Program-made: the position numbers and the translations under genes | In this document: positions 12,042 through 24,379 of the stretch, one piece after another | How the letters are laid out: each line of letters begins with the position of its first letter | Position numbering within the stretch: the first letter of the stretch is position 1 | From: Spirogloea muscicola | Lineage: Eukaryota | DNA: 62,951 nucleotides | Assembly: GCA_009602725.1 (NCBI GenBank) | Contig: WELB01000028.1 | Location: 771,972-834,922 of the forward strand | Direction of reading: 5' to 3' | The notes under the pieces: generated by a model | Told to the model about the DNA's origin: nothing | What the model saw: the letters and a program-made list of their open reading frames with translations, nothing else | The model's database searches: none

Positions 12042-15000
12042 ATGGAGGACGCCAAGGTGGCCTGCCTGCCGCTCACGCGGCCGCCGCAGCAGAGCCTCGT
12101 CATCGGCTCCCTCCCCATCCCCGTCGACCCCGCGCTGCTCTCGCAGCAGTCGCCCGCCTGCGGGGCCTCCGCCGCCACCGTCCTGCTGGACAGGTTCCTG
12201 TTCAACTCGTCCTGCTTGCGCCGCTCTCTCTTCGAGCCTGAGCTACACGATCCTGTTCAGAACGCGAATTGTGACCTGCTCTCGAGCCGGTTATGTTCAC
12301 ATGTGTCTGCCGTCTCGATTTATTGCTCCTACTCTCCTATATGCCGGTGTTACCTCAGCTCGGGCCACCTCGATTTGCCCGCCAAAAGGCCACTTCGTGC
12401 AAGACTCCTGCGAGCAGAAACATGTGGCATTAGTCAGACACGAGCTGAATAAGCTGAGACGGTCTGTATAATTTCCACCAGGCCCTGCGCATCAAATGAC
12501 GGCCTCCTCCCAGATGGTGCGGAGTTGAAAGCACCACCACAAGCCTACCCACTCTTTGAGGATCGATGTTCCGCAGCTTTCGATAAGGCTGCTGGAGGTC
12601 AGTGGTGCTCGGCACAACGTAATTAACACTGTAAACAGAATATTCACCTGACTTGGTAAAAGTGAACCCTCTTGCAGCTCTATGGAAACGTGTTGCCCAC
12701 TGGTTTGCTTGCACCGTGGACTGCAAAGTATATAGCTATGAAGAGCCTGAGGAATGCGAGGCTTCCATGTGTCATGATTTGGGGCTCAGGTCCTTCACTT
12801 GGCTCTTGGGGCGGCGGCTACTTTCAGAAGGCACTTGCTCGCAAGGGGGAGGCGCTTGCTGTCACGGGCTTGGCCGCATATGGGAGCGACATGGACGTGA
12901 TTGCTCCCGCAGACCTCCTGAAGCATATCTTCAAGGTGCCATACTGCAAGGCCAGGCTCTCCGTGGGCGTCCACCGTGTGGGGCGGACTTTGGTCCTCAA
13001 CAGTGGGTCTGTTTTCAAGCTCTTCCAAGAACCTGCCGGACAATGCACTCGTCACAGCATAGTGGCTTATATCCTCGTGGGGACTCAAAGATGCTCTTGT
13101 ACCGTAAATGCAGGAAATCTAAGAGAAAGTATTGTTGCCTGCAGGCCAGAAGCCTGTCAGAGTAATTTGAGAGAAAAGCCACGTCATTTCAAGGCCATGG
13201 AGAAGGTGTTCTTCTCTTGGTTTGCCATGCAGTCTAGGCTGAGTTTGGAAGATGAAACAGCTGGCGCCACTGCTACATCAGACTCTGCGACCAAGAAACT
13301 GGGCCATAAGGGTGGCCCTTGTGAGAGCACAGCTCAGGATACTACAGACAAGGTTGAGGTGCATCACGTGGCAGGCGCATCAGCTGAACAAGGCAATAGG
13401 AACCAGCAGATGCACAGCTTTACAAGCATGCTGTCTGACCTCCAGAGTGTGCAAGCAAAGCAGGGAGGAGGAAGGCCGCGCAGCAGTGCTTCTGCTTCAA
13501 CCTGCTGCAAAGTTCCTGCAAATATTCAGGGTGAAAGTCCTAAAAAGAACATGGACAGCAGTGAAAGCCAAGGAAGGCCCGAGCTCGAAGGCTTCTTGCG
13601 CATAATCTTCTGGCAGTTCCGTCACCTTAGGATGCTGGTCGGAAGCGACGTCCTGCTATTTAGTAGCAGGGATCACTCGGCCATCAGCCTCCATCTGATG
13701 GAGATTGGAGCGAAGGTGAGATGGTGTGTCTCTTTGCCTTCTTGCTCATGCTCCGCAGGTGTTTAAATCTTCTATCTTTTGAGTATCCGGTGAGCCGTCA
13801 TGATGACGCATGTCATTGTTCTGCAAATATACGGCTCCACAGACTTCGTCATTAAGGTGGTCGTCTGACAGGTATTCGTGGGCGACAGGTTACTCCCCTT
13901 ATGTGGCTGGATGCATGGCTGGATAACATAATGGCGTGCGTATCGGAGCTGGCAATCTGCTATCATGAAGATGGTGTTGTTCAGACCTTTGAACTCCTCA
14001 AGACGGACGAAATATACCTGTTAAAGGGCCTTTCTGAAGATGGCACAACCTTTTTCCATCCCCACATCGTACAGGAGAATGCTCTCTCGGTCTTCACATT
14101 CTTGCAGACCAACTGCACAAGTGACCCTGGCAGCTATTGGGTAAGGGACAACAAATCGTTTGCTGCCAAGGGTATGACTTACAGGGGTTAAGGCACATGC
14201 TGTGTACCTGTTCAGAAGGGTTTGTGAGTCTGGTTGATAGGAGCAAGTATTCATCAGCAGCTTTGAAAGGACAGGATTGGGGCGAGGTCAGTGCCACTAC
14301 AGTTGAGGCGCAGATGCATATGCCTCATAAGCAGTTCAATTACAATCTCAATTTTGCTACATTCAGTGGTCTGAGCTGTTCAAGGTACTCACTAGTACAT
14401 CTTTTCTTGTGGATGTGACCACAGCTCTTCAAAAAGGCTGATGATGATGTCATACAGTTGTTCGATTTGTCTGTCCTGGCCAAGGCTGCCACTTCGAGTC
14501 CTACAGCCAGCAGATGGCCATTGCCGAGCAGCACAAACGGCAGAGGCGACCTATCTTTACCTCTTGCTATGTTACTGTACCGTCTTGCACTACTCCTCTC
14601 CAGCTCCCAGGTACCTAGGCCTTCTTAGGATTCATGGGTTGATGAAGCATCGTAGTATCTCTTCGCGGCAGTCGATGTAGGCGTTCTATGTGGTGAAGAT
14701 GGTGTACTGGACCATATAAGTTGATCACGATTCACAAGAGGGGATGCTCTCAGCTCTCAAACATCATGGACCTGTAGTCATCTTAATTCGGCTTCTTCCT
14801 TGCCTGCCAGAATCAAGCAGAGCGGAAGAAGTGCGGGTCGTGGTTTGTGAAGAGTCTGCTGCTTATTGGCGAGCACGACCATCCGGTAGGAGCACAAAAA
14901 CTGCCTCCTTTACTTATCGCCCAAGATGGTATCGCTCAGTCGTACTCGTGCATGATACCAACACGTGATGGATACAGATGGTATACTAGCACTTACTCTC

Positions 15001-18000
15001 ATTTCATGAATAGCTCACTGGTGAAGTTAACACTTGAACACAAGCTCTCACACTCACACTGCAATCTGCTGCATTGACAGGGCGTACGGGCTTTTGCTCA
15101 TGAGCAAGTTGCACGACTGCTGCTAATATGGCGCAGTCAATGCATCGGTTGGATCGATGAAGCCACTTTCCTGGAGTCAGCTAAAGCCATGGCACTATCA
15201 CAACCTTCCAATGCAGAGACGTTGCAGGAGCTATCCGCGCTTTCATCCAGGGCAAGTGACCAAACTGAGCCTGGCTGTCAAGCGTTGAGGGGCGGAAATG
15301 CACATCATACTGATGCAGCAGATCTGCTGCTGTCTGGCCCTCTTCAAGAAGTGGCTTCGCCTCACCAGCTTTCATGTATTCCTGAATTGACTTCATCGAG
15401 CCAGCCCTGGAGTGCTGCTCAGGATGATAGTGCCAGCAACGAAGAAATAGTATCAGTCGACGTGGATGGGGACAGGCATCACTTGACAGACAAATTGAAA
15501 AGTGAGAGGGACAAAGTCCAGCCATGCACAACCGAAGCTCTTTCTACTGCCAGGGATGACTCATGTGAGCAAGTCGCTGCTCGCCTCTCCGCTGTGCACC
15601 ACATATCACAGGCTATCAAGGCCTTGCGATGGCAGCGTCACCTTCTTGTGGACAACCAGCAGAATATCGAGAAGGCTCAATGCCGCACAGCTAAGCGCCA
15701 CGAGCTGCCAGTATGCGTGTGCGGCGAGCCTGCCTGCTTGCCATTCAGCTCAGATCCGCTCAATTGCCTCCTTGCTGGTGACAAGAAGCTCGGGGAGCTC
15801 ATCATGCTCCTGGGCGAGTCGTACCTTGCGCTTGCCGAGGCCTACAAGGACGCCCGCGAGCTACTGAAGGCACTCAGAGCTGCCGAGCTGGCTGGGCTTG
15901 TCTGTGACTCCCTGCAAGAGAAGCTCTCTGAAAAGAGGGCAGCTGAGCTGAAGTTTGAGAGCTCAGCTGATCGTGGCTTCTCAGTGCTCGGCCACCAAGT
16001 AGCGGTGAGTAATGTCAAGCAGGGCCCCTTCTGGCACAAGCTGTGGGCTCTTGTTGGGGACCTGTATGTTGAGATAACGAGGGACGCTGCCGAGGCACCC
16101 ACCCAGCAAGAGGACGTGACCGAGCTGAGCATCCCCAACCACGTGGTGAGGGAGGTGAAGCGGCTGAGGAAGAAAGCTGGTCAGGTCAGTACTTTGACTT
16201 GCAACTTGCCACCTTCGTGCCAAGTGTTGAGAGACTCGACGGCATGCTAGTGTACAAGGCAGCGAAGGACTTGTTAGCAAGATATGCTACTGCCGCATGG
16301 GGCATGCACTTACTGCATCCCCTTGGCGGGCAGGAAAGGAGCACGTGCAGCAGCTGCAGAGAGGTATCCTGCAGCTGCCTCAGTGACAGAGCCAGCAGTG
16401 GCAACAGCGCTAGCAGCAGCATGGAGAGCCCCACGGCTGGTGGTGGCATCTCACGGGCCAGGCGTGGCCAGAAGCGAGTGGATAAGGAGATCAAGCAGAG
16501 AAGCGATGGCCGCAGGCGCTCAACTGCTGATGACTTGCCAGATGGTCAAGAGACACAAGCAAGTGACATGCCAAGCTCAGAAGCTCAGGGGCTTTCTGCC
16601 AGCAGCAGTACAGCTATAAGAGAGGAAGCTTGTGAATCTGCTGCTGGAGCATTGACAGATGTTCAGAGGCGTCCAGGGGTCTGCGTGCTTGGAGTAGGCC
16701 TCCCCTCCAGTAACGAACCAGATGCCTGCAGCAGTCTTGCTGCTGACAGTAATGGGATGTCGCACTGTGGAACCCAAGAGCGAGCAGAAAGAATTCCCGC
16801 GAGCACGTCAAGTGCCACGGCAGAACAGCAGCAAGCAGTGAGTTGCTTCGGGCGCCCTGTGACTGCAAGTTGGAAGATCAACTTTGCAGCGGCGGCGAGC
16901 TGCTACGCAGCATCGGCGGCCGCTCTTGGTGAAGAAGCTGAGGCCAAAGAGGAGCGCAAGGCAGCACTCCGAAAGGAGGGCTGGGCAAGTAATGAGCTGG
17001 GGCGGCGATATCTGGCATGCAATCAGAGCGAGTTGGCTGAGGCAGCATTTGAGGCGGCTGCTCTGACTTTTAAGAAGGTCGGTGATGGAGCCAATGTTGC
17101 ACTGATCTTCTGCAACATGGGGCATGGGAGGAGAGCAGCTGCAGAGGCTCTGGTTGCTGCTGCCGCTGCTGCAAGCAGGGCGTCCGAAACTTTGAGCGCA
17201 GTTCAAGAAGCAAGCTTGAGAAGTGCAGCTTCTTCCAATGAGGCCCGGCAGTTGTACATGGAAGCTTTGGCCTTCTACTCTGCTGCGCAGGCGGAGGTAC
17301 ATGTGAAGAAGGAGGGGCAGCACGCTGGCTCCACTGGTGTCTGGAGAGAGGCTCACATGCAGTATGCGCATACGTATCTCTGCCTCGGAATGTTACTTGC
17401 ACGGCAAGAGCTGGATCCTGGACCAGATACTCAGAATGCAGTGTTCAGGGCAGATTTGACAGAGTCTGGTAGACAGGGTTTACATGTCAGGTGGAAGAGC
17501 ATGCAAGGTCAGGTGCCGGAGAGGGTATCAACGGCAGATGAAGCTTTTGCCAGTGCAATATTGCGTTATAAAGGGGTCGGGGCCACTGGCGACCAGGAGG
17601 TTGCATACGCGCAGTACCTCCTGGCCTGCTATCACAGGGACAAGGCTGTCTCAGCGCTTGTGCATGCCAAGAAGGCGCCCAGGCAGCAGCCAGTATCTAG
17701 CAGGCCCAGGACTAGCATGTCTGACTTGGATCGGGTGCACAAGTCTGCAGCACTAGCTGATACTTCCTGGCAGGAGGCGCTGAAGTACTACAAGCCCGAG
17801 AAGTACCCAGACTTCTTTGTTGACATTGTGATTGAGAGAGCAGATCTACTTCTGAAGGCCTACTCCGAGTCAGACCAACAAAAGGTAGTTAATCTGCCTT
17901 GCTTCCAATCTGTTATCTGTTGCGCTGCCTCATTGGCACTCCAGGTTTATTATTTGCAGGCTTTGACCACGTACTCTGTACCACGTACTCTGCTTCTGAG

Positions 18001-18353
18001 CTTCTGTCCTGCTCGTGTTGTCTTTTCAGGCACATGGGGCAGCCTTTCGTCAGCTGCTGGATACGAGGAGGGCTTTGGCGGTCAGACTTGCACCAGATGG
18101 CTCATCCAAGGGCTTTGCAGAAGGTCTTTCAGTCAATGTCCTCAAGCGATTATTGATGAGACTGCAGAGCCTGCTGAAGGACATGCTGGGTGCCGCTTTG
18201 AAAATCTCTGAAGCACGCGGTCCGGCGCAAAGTCAAGCTTTGCCAAAGGAGCAGGCGAAGGATCTCAAGCGGCTGAGGGAGATGTACAGGCAGGCATTGT
18301 CAGCAACCGAGCAGCATGAGCTAGCCAGCCTTCTTGAGGCCTGGACATTCTAG
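12042..18353 (+). CDS. EDRF1: Erythroid differentiation-related factor 1 homologue (large protein with TPR-like C-terminal half)
   Basis: Blocks DVIAPADLLKHIFKVPYCKARLSVGVHRVGRTLVLNSG, WQFRHLRMLVGSDVLLFS, WLDAWLDNIMACVSELAICYHEDGVVQTFELLKTDEI...FLQTNCTSDPGSYW|LFK and GWASNELGR...CNMGHGRRA are characteristic of the family. Stop at 18351-18353. Confidence 0.9.
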
Positions 18354-18599
18354 GCCTTTGCAGGCATGTACATAAGATTCTTTTTATGCACGGAACTTGC
18401 ATGCCATACGAGTTTGTACACATTGCATCTCTCAGGTTTGTAACAAGGAGAGAGGTACTGACAAAGTGAAATCAAACTTACCTTCTGACAGCCTCGAATC
18501 ACCAACACCCGTAAATATGTAGCACTTATCAGCAAGCTCGGCTTCTTCTTCTTTGCACTTGAAGCTGCAGCTCAGAGGAGTGAATGTGTGCTGTAAGCA

Positions 18600-19050
18600 T
18601 AGCATCTGAGCAGCATGAAGAGGGCGGATATGTTCTTCCCTCTTGCTGTTGATATTCACGGGGCGTTTGGTGCTCGGTGGCTCGAGCTCCTCCACAGGCT
18701 CTCGCGCAGCCCTGTGTCCCGCTGTTACCACAGGAGCAGGCTGACTTCAAAGCAGCAGGCTCTCTCGCTCAGGAGTATCACATGCGCCTGTCTGTCTTGC
18801 TGCAGCGGTCATCAGCACGCGCGTTGCATCTGCGTGCTGGTGGCTCATTGGCTGCAGCCTCTGGTTCTTGGGGGACCTGCTACCCGGAGACTAGTTTCTC
18901 CGACCTGCGGCTGTTCAATAGAGGTCAATGAGTGCCTCGTGGCCACTTGATTCACTGTGTGCTTTAGCGCTTTCTCTGGCCCCTTCGAACTTTGTTGCTT
19001 TGTCTGGGCTGGCCTCCCACAGCCATTGCCCTCTACTGGATGTCTCTTCT
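18600..19050 (+). mobile_element. 5'-truncated CRE-like RLE retroelement 3' end (endonuclease C-terminus plus 3' UTR)
   Basis: Reads FFPLAVDIHGAFGARWLELLHRL, then after a frameshift SLAQEYHMRLSVLLQRSSARALHLRAGGSLAAASG...SFSDLRLFNRGQ*. This is followed by ggccccttcgaac...gggctggcctcccacagcc. Confidence 0.8.
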
Positions 19051-19839
19051 TCTGATATTATTAAAGGCAAGATTGCCACAAGGGAGGGAGTACCCCACAG
19101 ATTAAAGTCAACAGGCAATCTTATTGCTTGCCTCCTGTCTCAGCTTTTGAGATGCTGACTTGCTAAGCTTCGTACTGAATTGTATCCGCTCTTTGCTGCT
19201 GTGCCCATCTGAGACTTCCACCCACGGGCAATTCCCACAGCTGCCACCATCTGCTGCTGCTTTCAGCCGCTGCCCGGCCAACCGTGTTGGCCAGGCACGA
19301 TGAGGAAGCACAGCGGATGTTGAGGGGTCACGCGATGCGGGTCATTGCTGATGCCGCCAACTAGCAGCACAAGCCGCAAACGTGGAGCCTGGGCAGGCGG
19401 GCGCGCGAGCCGATGAGCAAATGAGCTCGGAGGCAGGAGCTGAGGATTTTGGAAAGACCATCTTCTGACAAAAGCTCAATGCGGCTCAAAATATATGTTG
19501 ACTGATGAGGGCCAGACTTTGGAAGCAATCCTACATACGTAGGCCGCCTGCTGCTATGCTGACCCGCTCAGTAGCCGCTCAGCAGCTGGCAAGGAGACCG
19601 CTGCTGACATTTTTGGGTTCGGCTCTGAAAGCCAGCCAGGTTGTGGCTGTTGATTTGTAAGGTTTTGAGGTGAAAGCCACTTGCTTTGCCAAGTGGTTTG
19701 CATTTCCGGCCCCTTTGGACCCTGTCATGCTGCGATGACCTGGCCTTCGACTCCTAATAGCCAAATGCCCCTTTGCTATAATTTCTCTTATTCATCTTCT
19801 AATTGCATACAGGAAGCATCTGAAGAAACAGGGCGCTTC

Positions 19840-19925
19840 CCTGGCCCCTTCTCGTCCTTTGTTCATTCTTTTTTGGGCTGGCTTTGTCCAGCCCTATCCT
19901 CAATGGGCGAGCCCATCTTCTTTAT
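19840..19925 (+). repeat. Isolated 3'-terminal module of the RLE element family (type II)
   Basis: The sequence ggccccttctcgtcctttgttcattcttttttgggctggctttgtccagccctatcctcaatgggcgagcccatcttc is near-identical to 44630-44710. Confidence 0.8.
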
Positions 19926-20240
19926 TAGTACCCCCCGTCTCAGCAATAGGACGTCAGATGAGCAAGAAGGAAGTACGGTGTGACCTGCAGCTCTTGCCTC
20001 ACGTGGCCAGTCTCGCATGCCACGCGGCGCCTCGGGCGGCCCGCCTTGTCGGGGGACGTACGCCCGGGAGCGAAGGTGACAGACGGGGGCCCGTCCACGG
20101 TCAAAACGACGTCGAGACGGCATGTCTGTGAGGCTAGATTTGGCCTCCCTTTCCATTTCATGCTCATCGCGCGGCTTCTCTCAACTGGTTTCGACATCAA
20201 TCGCGGTACTTGCATCGCTGTGTGATCCAGCACTTTACCC

Positions 20241-20800
20241 GCCCCTTCGGACCTTGCCCATCTCTTCTGGGCTCGCAATCTTCTGCTCCTTTCATTCTGG
20301 GCTGGCCTCTCACAGCCACCGCCCTCTCCTGGAAGCGTCTTTCTTCTTTCATTTCTTGCTTAATCAGCCCTCCCCCCTTCACTGACAGATCTTACACTTT
20401 CCTCTGGGCTGGCCTCTCACAGCTATTGCCTCACACTCGAAGAGCTGTTGCTTTTTACCAAATCCCACCAGTACTACAAGGAAAAGAAAGTAAGCTCCTT
20501 CAAAGCCCTCTCAGGCTTTGAAGGAGCTTTGTTTCGGGCTGGCTTTTCACAGCCCTTGCCCCCATTGGGAGAGCCACTTTCTTTCTTGAGAGGGCGCGCT
20601 GTGCGCATGGGATGGAACGAGAGGCCAAAACAAGCCACCACTACTACGAGGAGGAAGATCATTCCTTTACTGCACTACTTTCGAACCTTGTCAATCCTTT
20701 TCGGGCTGGCTTTTCACGGCCCTTGCCCCCATTGGGAGTGCCACTTCTTTCGGGCTGGCTTCTCGCAGCCCTTGCCCCCAATTGGGAGAGCCACTTCTTT
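20241..20800 (+). repeat. Head-to-tail cluster of five 3'-terminal modules of the RLE element family
   Basis: The motif gggctggc(t/c)t(t/c)tc(a/g)c(a/g)gc recurs at ~20299, 20406, 20536, 20703 and 20752. The last three are followed by cttgcccc..ttgggag(a/t)gccacttt/ccacttc. Confidence 0.85.
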
Positions 20801-20887
20801 ACTGCAGCTTGACCGGCGGGGCCGATCGGGGCCCCCGGGGCGGGCCCCCTCACTCCCCGATCGGGCGTCCCGGGGCTCCGGCCCGCC

Positions 20888-23641
20888 ATGTCCGAGCGCC
20901 ACGGCCGCCGCGCCGCGGCGGAGCCGCANGCCGACGGCGCGTCCGCGGCGACGGCGGCGCAGGCGCTGCGGCGCTGCAGCCGCGCTCGGCGCCGCCTTCC
21001 TCGCCCTCCTGTCCGCCTTCCTGCTGCCCGCGGCTGCGCAGCTTCACTATGTCGCGAACGAGTCGCCCACGGACTTCTGCGTTACATATGTCACCAAGTC
21101 TGGGTACAAGTGCCGCGAGTTTCGAGTACGTCCCCGCGTGTGCAAGCACACTTCCACAGAAGCACGAAGCAGAGCTGCAGCAGCGTCTACCATGTGCAGG
21201 ATGAGCCCGTCGCCCTCATCAAGTCAGTGACGTAGCGATTGTAACATTAGGCTGGTCATGCTGACAGGAAGCTAGGCCTTGGGCCACGCATGTCGCTGCG
21301 CCAGGTTGTCACGCAGGATGGCTTCATACTCAACATGCAGCGAATCCGCAGCCAGAACTTCACCACGTCCGCGGTCCGGCCGCCTCCACAGCCAGCGCAC
21401 AATGCAAGACCAAGCCCGCAAGTAAGGCAACCTTCGACGTCAGCATCTGCCAGGACAAGGGGAGCCAACGTGACAACACGAGCACCACCACCACGCTCGA
21501 CAACATATACGGCAAGCAGGCCAAGGAGAGCCACCGCTACCACACATACAGCAACTCCAGCCCGTCCTCCCTCACCATCGGTCTCACCGAAGCTGCCGGT
21601 GTTCTTAGACCACCCGGTGTTCATCGGAGGCAACTGGTGGTTTGGCTCGCGGAACAGCTCTCTAAACGTAGGAATGGCGAAGCCGCTGCCGCTGTTCCTA
21701 GCAGACCAGGGCTACGAGGTGTGGATAGGGCACCACCGCGGCTCCGAGTGGTCACCAGATAGCACTCGTTACAGCCGGGATGATCGCGTAAGCAGTGCAC
21801 GACCTTGTCTCTCAAGATGTGCCCATGTATGTACGCAAAAATAGGCACAATCACAACGTGTGTCCTGCTTGGTAGATGTGCTTAATGTCATATGCTTGCG
21901 CAGAGATTCTGGGACTGGAGCTTCGACGAGCTGGCACTTCATGACACGCCTGCTCAGATTCGCCTCATTGCTGGTGTTAGAGGCCATCGAGTCCATTTTG
22001 TGGGGTATAACCAGGTCAGCACACCAGTACAGCTGCTCTCCTCGATCTCCAAGTAGTTATGGTGGCTTGCTCAAAGGTAAATTTCACTAGCATCTTCACG
22101 CCATGTCTTCATCGCCCGATGAAGACATGAAGGAAGGAAGGCACATGCTTCGCTGCTTGTTGTAAGAAGAGTTACAAGCTTCAGCCAGCATTCTATGTCT
22201 TACTTACCGTTCAGCATCATGCAACTTTCCGCCAAGCAGGGAGCAGTTGTTGGCATCATTGCTGCAAGCAGGCTGCAAGCTGTTCAGGAATGTCTTGCCT
22301 CGTTGACGATGATTGGACCAATTGCGTACTTAGTTGATGTCAAGTCTACGGTACTGCGAAATTGGGGGACCTCCTTCACACCTGATAGGGTAAGATGCAC
22401 CTCATTGCCGTTATTTGTGACATGTGTCATAAGCTTGTATACATCGTTCACTCCTTGCTTGACAGTCATGTGCCATGCAATGTGAAGTTAAGGTATCTGC
22501 TATCACACAAGCTGCATTCATTGCATCTACGCATGTACTACAAAAGTGCCATGAAAGTGATGTATTTGCAACTAACTTTGTCTGCACATTTAATACAGAT
22601 GATATACGACACTGGATTGCTGGCAACGGAATACAACCTTACAAAGTAGGTCTTCCTGCCCTCTTGGTGCAGAAAGTAGGCGCTGTATACGCTGTCTAGC
22701 TCGAAGTGTCGGATTGGTATAGATCTATTAAGCGAGTACCTGCCAAGCTGACAAGTTGTCTCCAAGCAAGTAGGCTCTAGAAGAACCAATACAGTATTTC
22801 AGTATCAGTACACAGACGGTGGCCGGAATTGTGAACATGTTCGGCATATCAATGACCAATGGTGCATCTCCAGAACAATTTCTCAGCAATGTCACAGGTG
22901 TGTGAGCCAATCTGCTTTGCGCACGTCAAATGACCATCCATGATGCCGTCACAACTTGCTAGAATGGTCGATGAGCGAAGCAGCCATTGTCTGGTACTGT
23001 GTAGGACCAAATTGTTGCATCGATGCGACTGCTGCTGTTAGCTATGCATACTCTGGATCAGAGAGTGCGTGGATCGTGTCATCATATCGCAACCTGATCC
23101 ATCTGCAACAAGGCACGTACAGCTGCAATACTGCACTGAGTGACTTGCTTAATAGTGAACCAAGATCGCAGTCGAGCAGAGAAACAGTGTGGGCATGTAT
23201 GCTCCTTATGCAATAATGCTTAAGAAGCGTGCACCTCAAGTGTGGAGCTTTCAATCATACACGGAGCAGGGCAGAAATATGATCGTGGAACTCACAATTG
23301 CGTGGTGTGCGACTGCTCGTTATGCAGAAATCAACCAAAGCCGCTTTCAGATGTGGGACTGGGCCAGCGCACAGCTCAACCAAGAAAACTATGGCAGTAC
23401 ATTACCTCCGCAGTACGATCCAGGCCTTGTCCCAGAGGTGCTGCCCAAGCTCATCATCAGTGGTGGCAATGACTGGTTTGCGGATAGCCACAATGTCGAC
23501 CATTTGGCAGAGGCCTTGTCGGGCACACCTGAGCGTGTTGTCATCCCAGAGTATGCCCACTTGGACCTCATTTATAGCAGGCGTGTTGAGGACGATGTCA
23601 ACCAACCCCTCCGCAAATTCCTAGACAGACACAACGCCTAG
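20888..23641 (+). CDS. Secreted acid-lipase family alpha/beta-hydrolase (LIP1/MPL1-like), probably catalytically inactive
   Basis: Contains GYKCREFR|VVTQDGFILNMQRI, LADQGYEVWIGHHRGSEWS, FWDWSFDELALHD, VHFVGYNQ|G, GPIAYL, GPNCC, GGNDWFAD and YAHLDLIY, with a signal-like hydrophobic segment at ~20980-21037. The start at 20888 is tentative because a single n at 20929 separates the reading frames. Confidence 0.88.
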
Positions 23642-24379
23642 CTAGCCTCCCGTCAGATGTTTGATGATTACAGCCGCACACGCATACCACCTGTCAAATG
23701 ACAGCTGCAGCTTGACTTGCACCAGCTGTGCATTGGCTGCATTGGTACCATTCACGCATATGCATGTCGCTCTATGAGGCATGTGCTTACACAACCCCGA
23801 CAAGTATCTGCACATCTATTTTCAGGATTGCAGGCTCGTATTTACAATTTAGATGAGCATGCCTGTCATCTGACAACTGCAGCTTGACTCGCACCATGTC
23901 TGCAATTGCTGTATTGGTAGCCTCCAAGTGTGACAAGCGTATGGTGAGGAAGGCATGTGTGTGACTCATACCTGCAAACAACACTTTCCGAGATAGCAGG
24001 CTTTCTTGGTTGACCAGTCACTACCTAAGCATAAACAAGGCTCTCTGCATACCCATCACCAGGATGACAAAGATGACAATATTGAGGTGTGGCATGCTAA
24101 GCACGAGCAGAAGGTACGACCCTGGAAAGATCTGTTCACTACTTGTGCATGTATCAGCACTGTGGCTTGTTTGCAGTCTGCACATGAGATCTGCCGCCCT
24201 AGGCCAATCCCTCGCCCTTTCTGGGCTGGCACTTGCCAAGTGACGCACAAGTTCTACATGGATTAGCCAGCATCAAGTTGCCTCAGCTGGACCCCAATTG
24301 TATTGTGACATGCATGCATTACAAGAAGAATATTAGGTATCCCAAGCACAGAATTTAATATAAAGTGGGACTTACGGTT

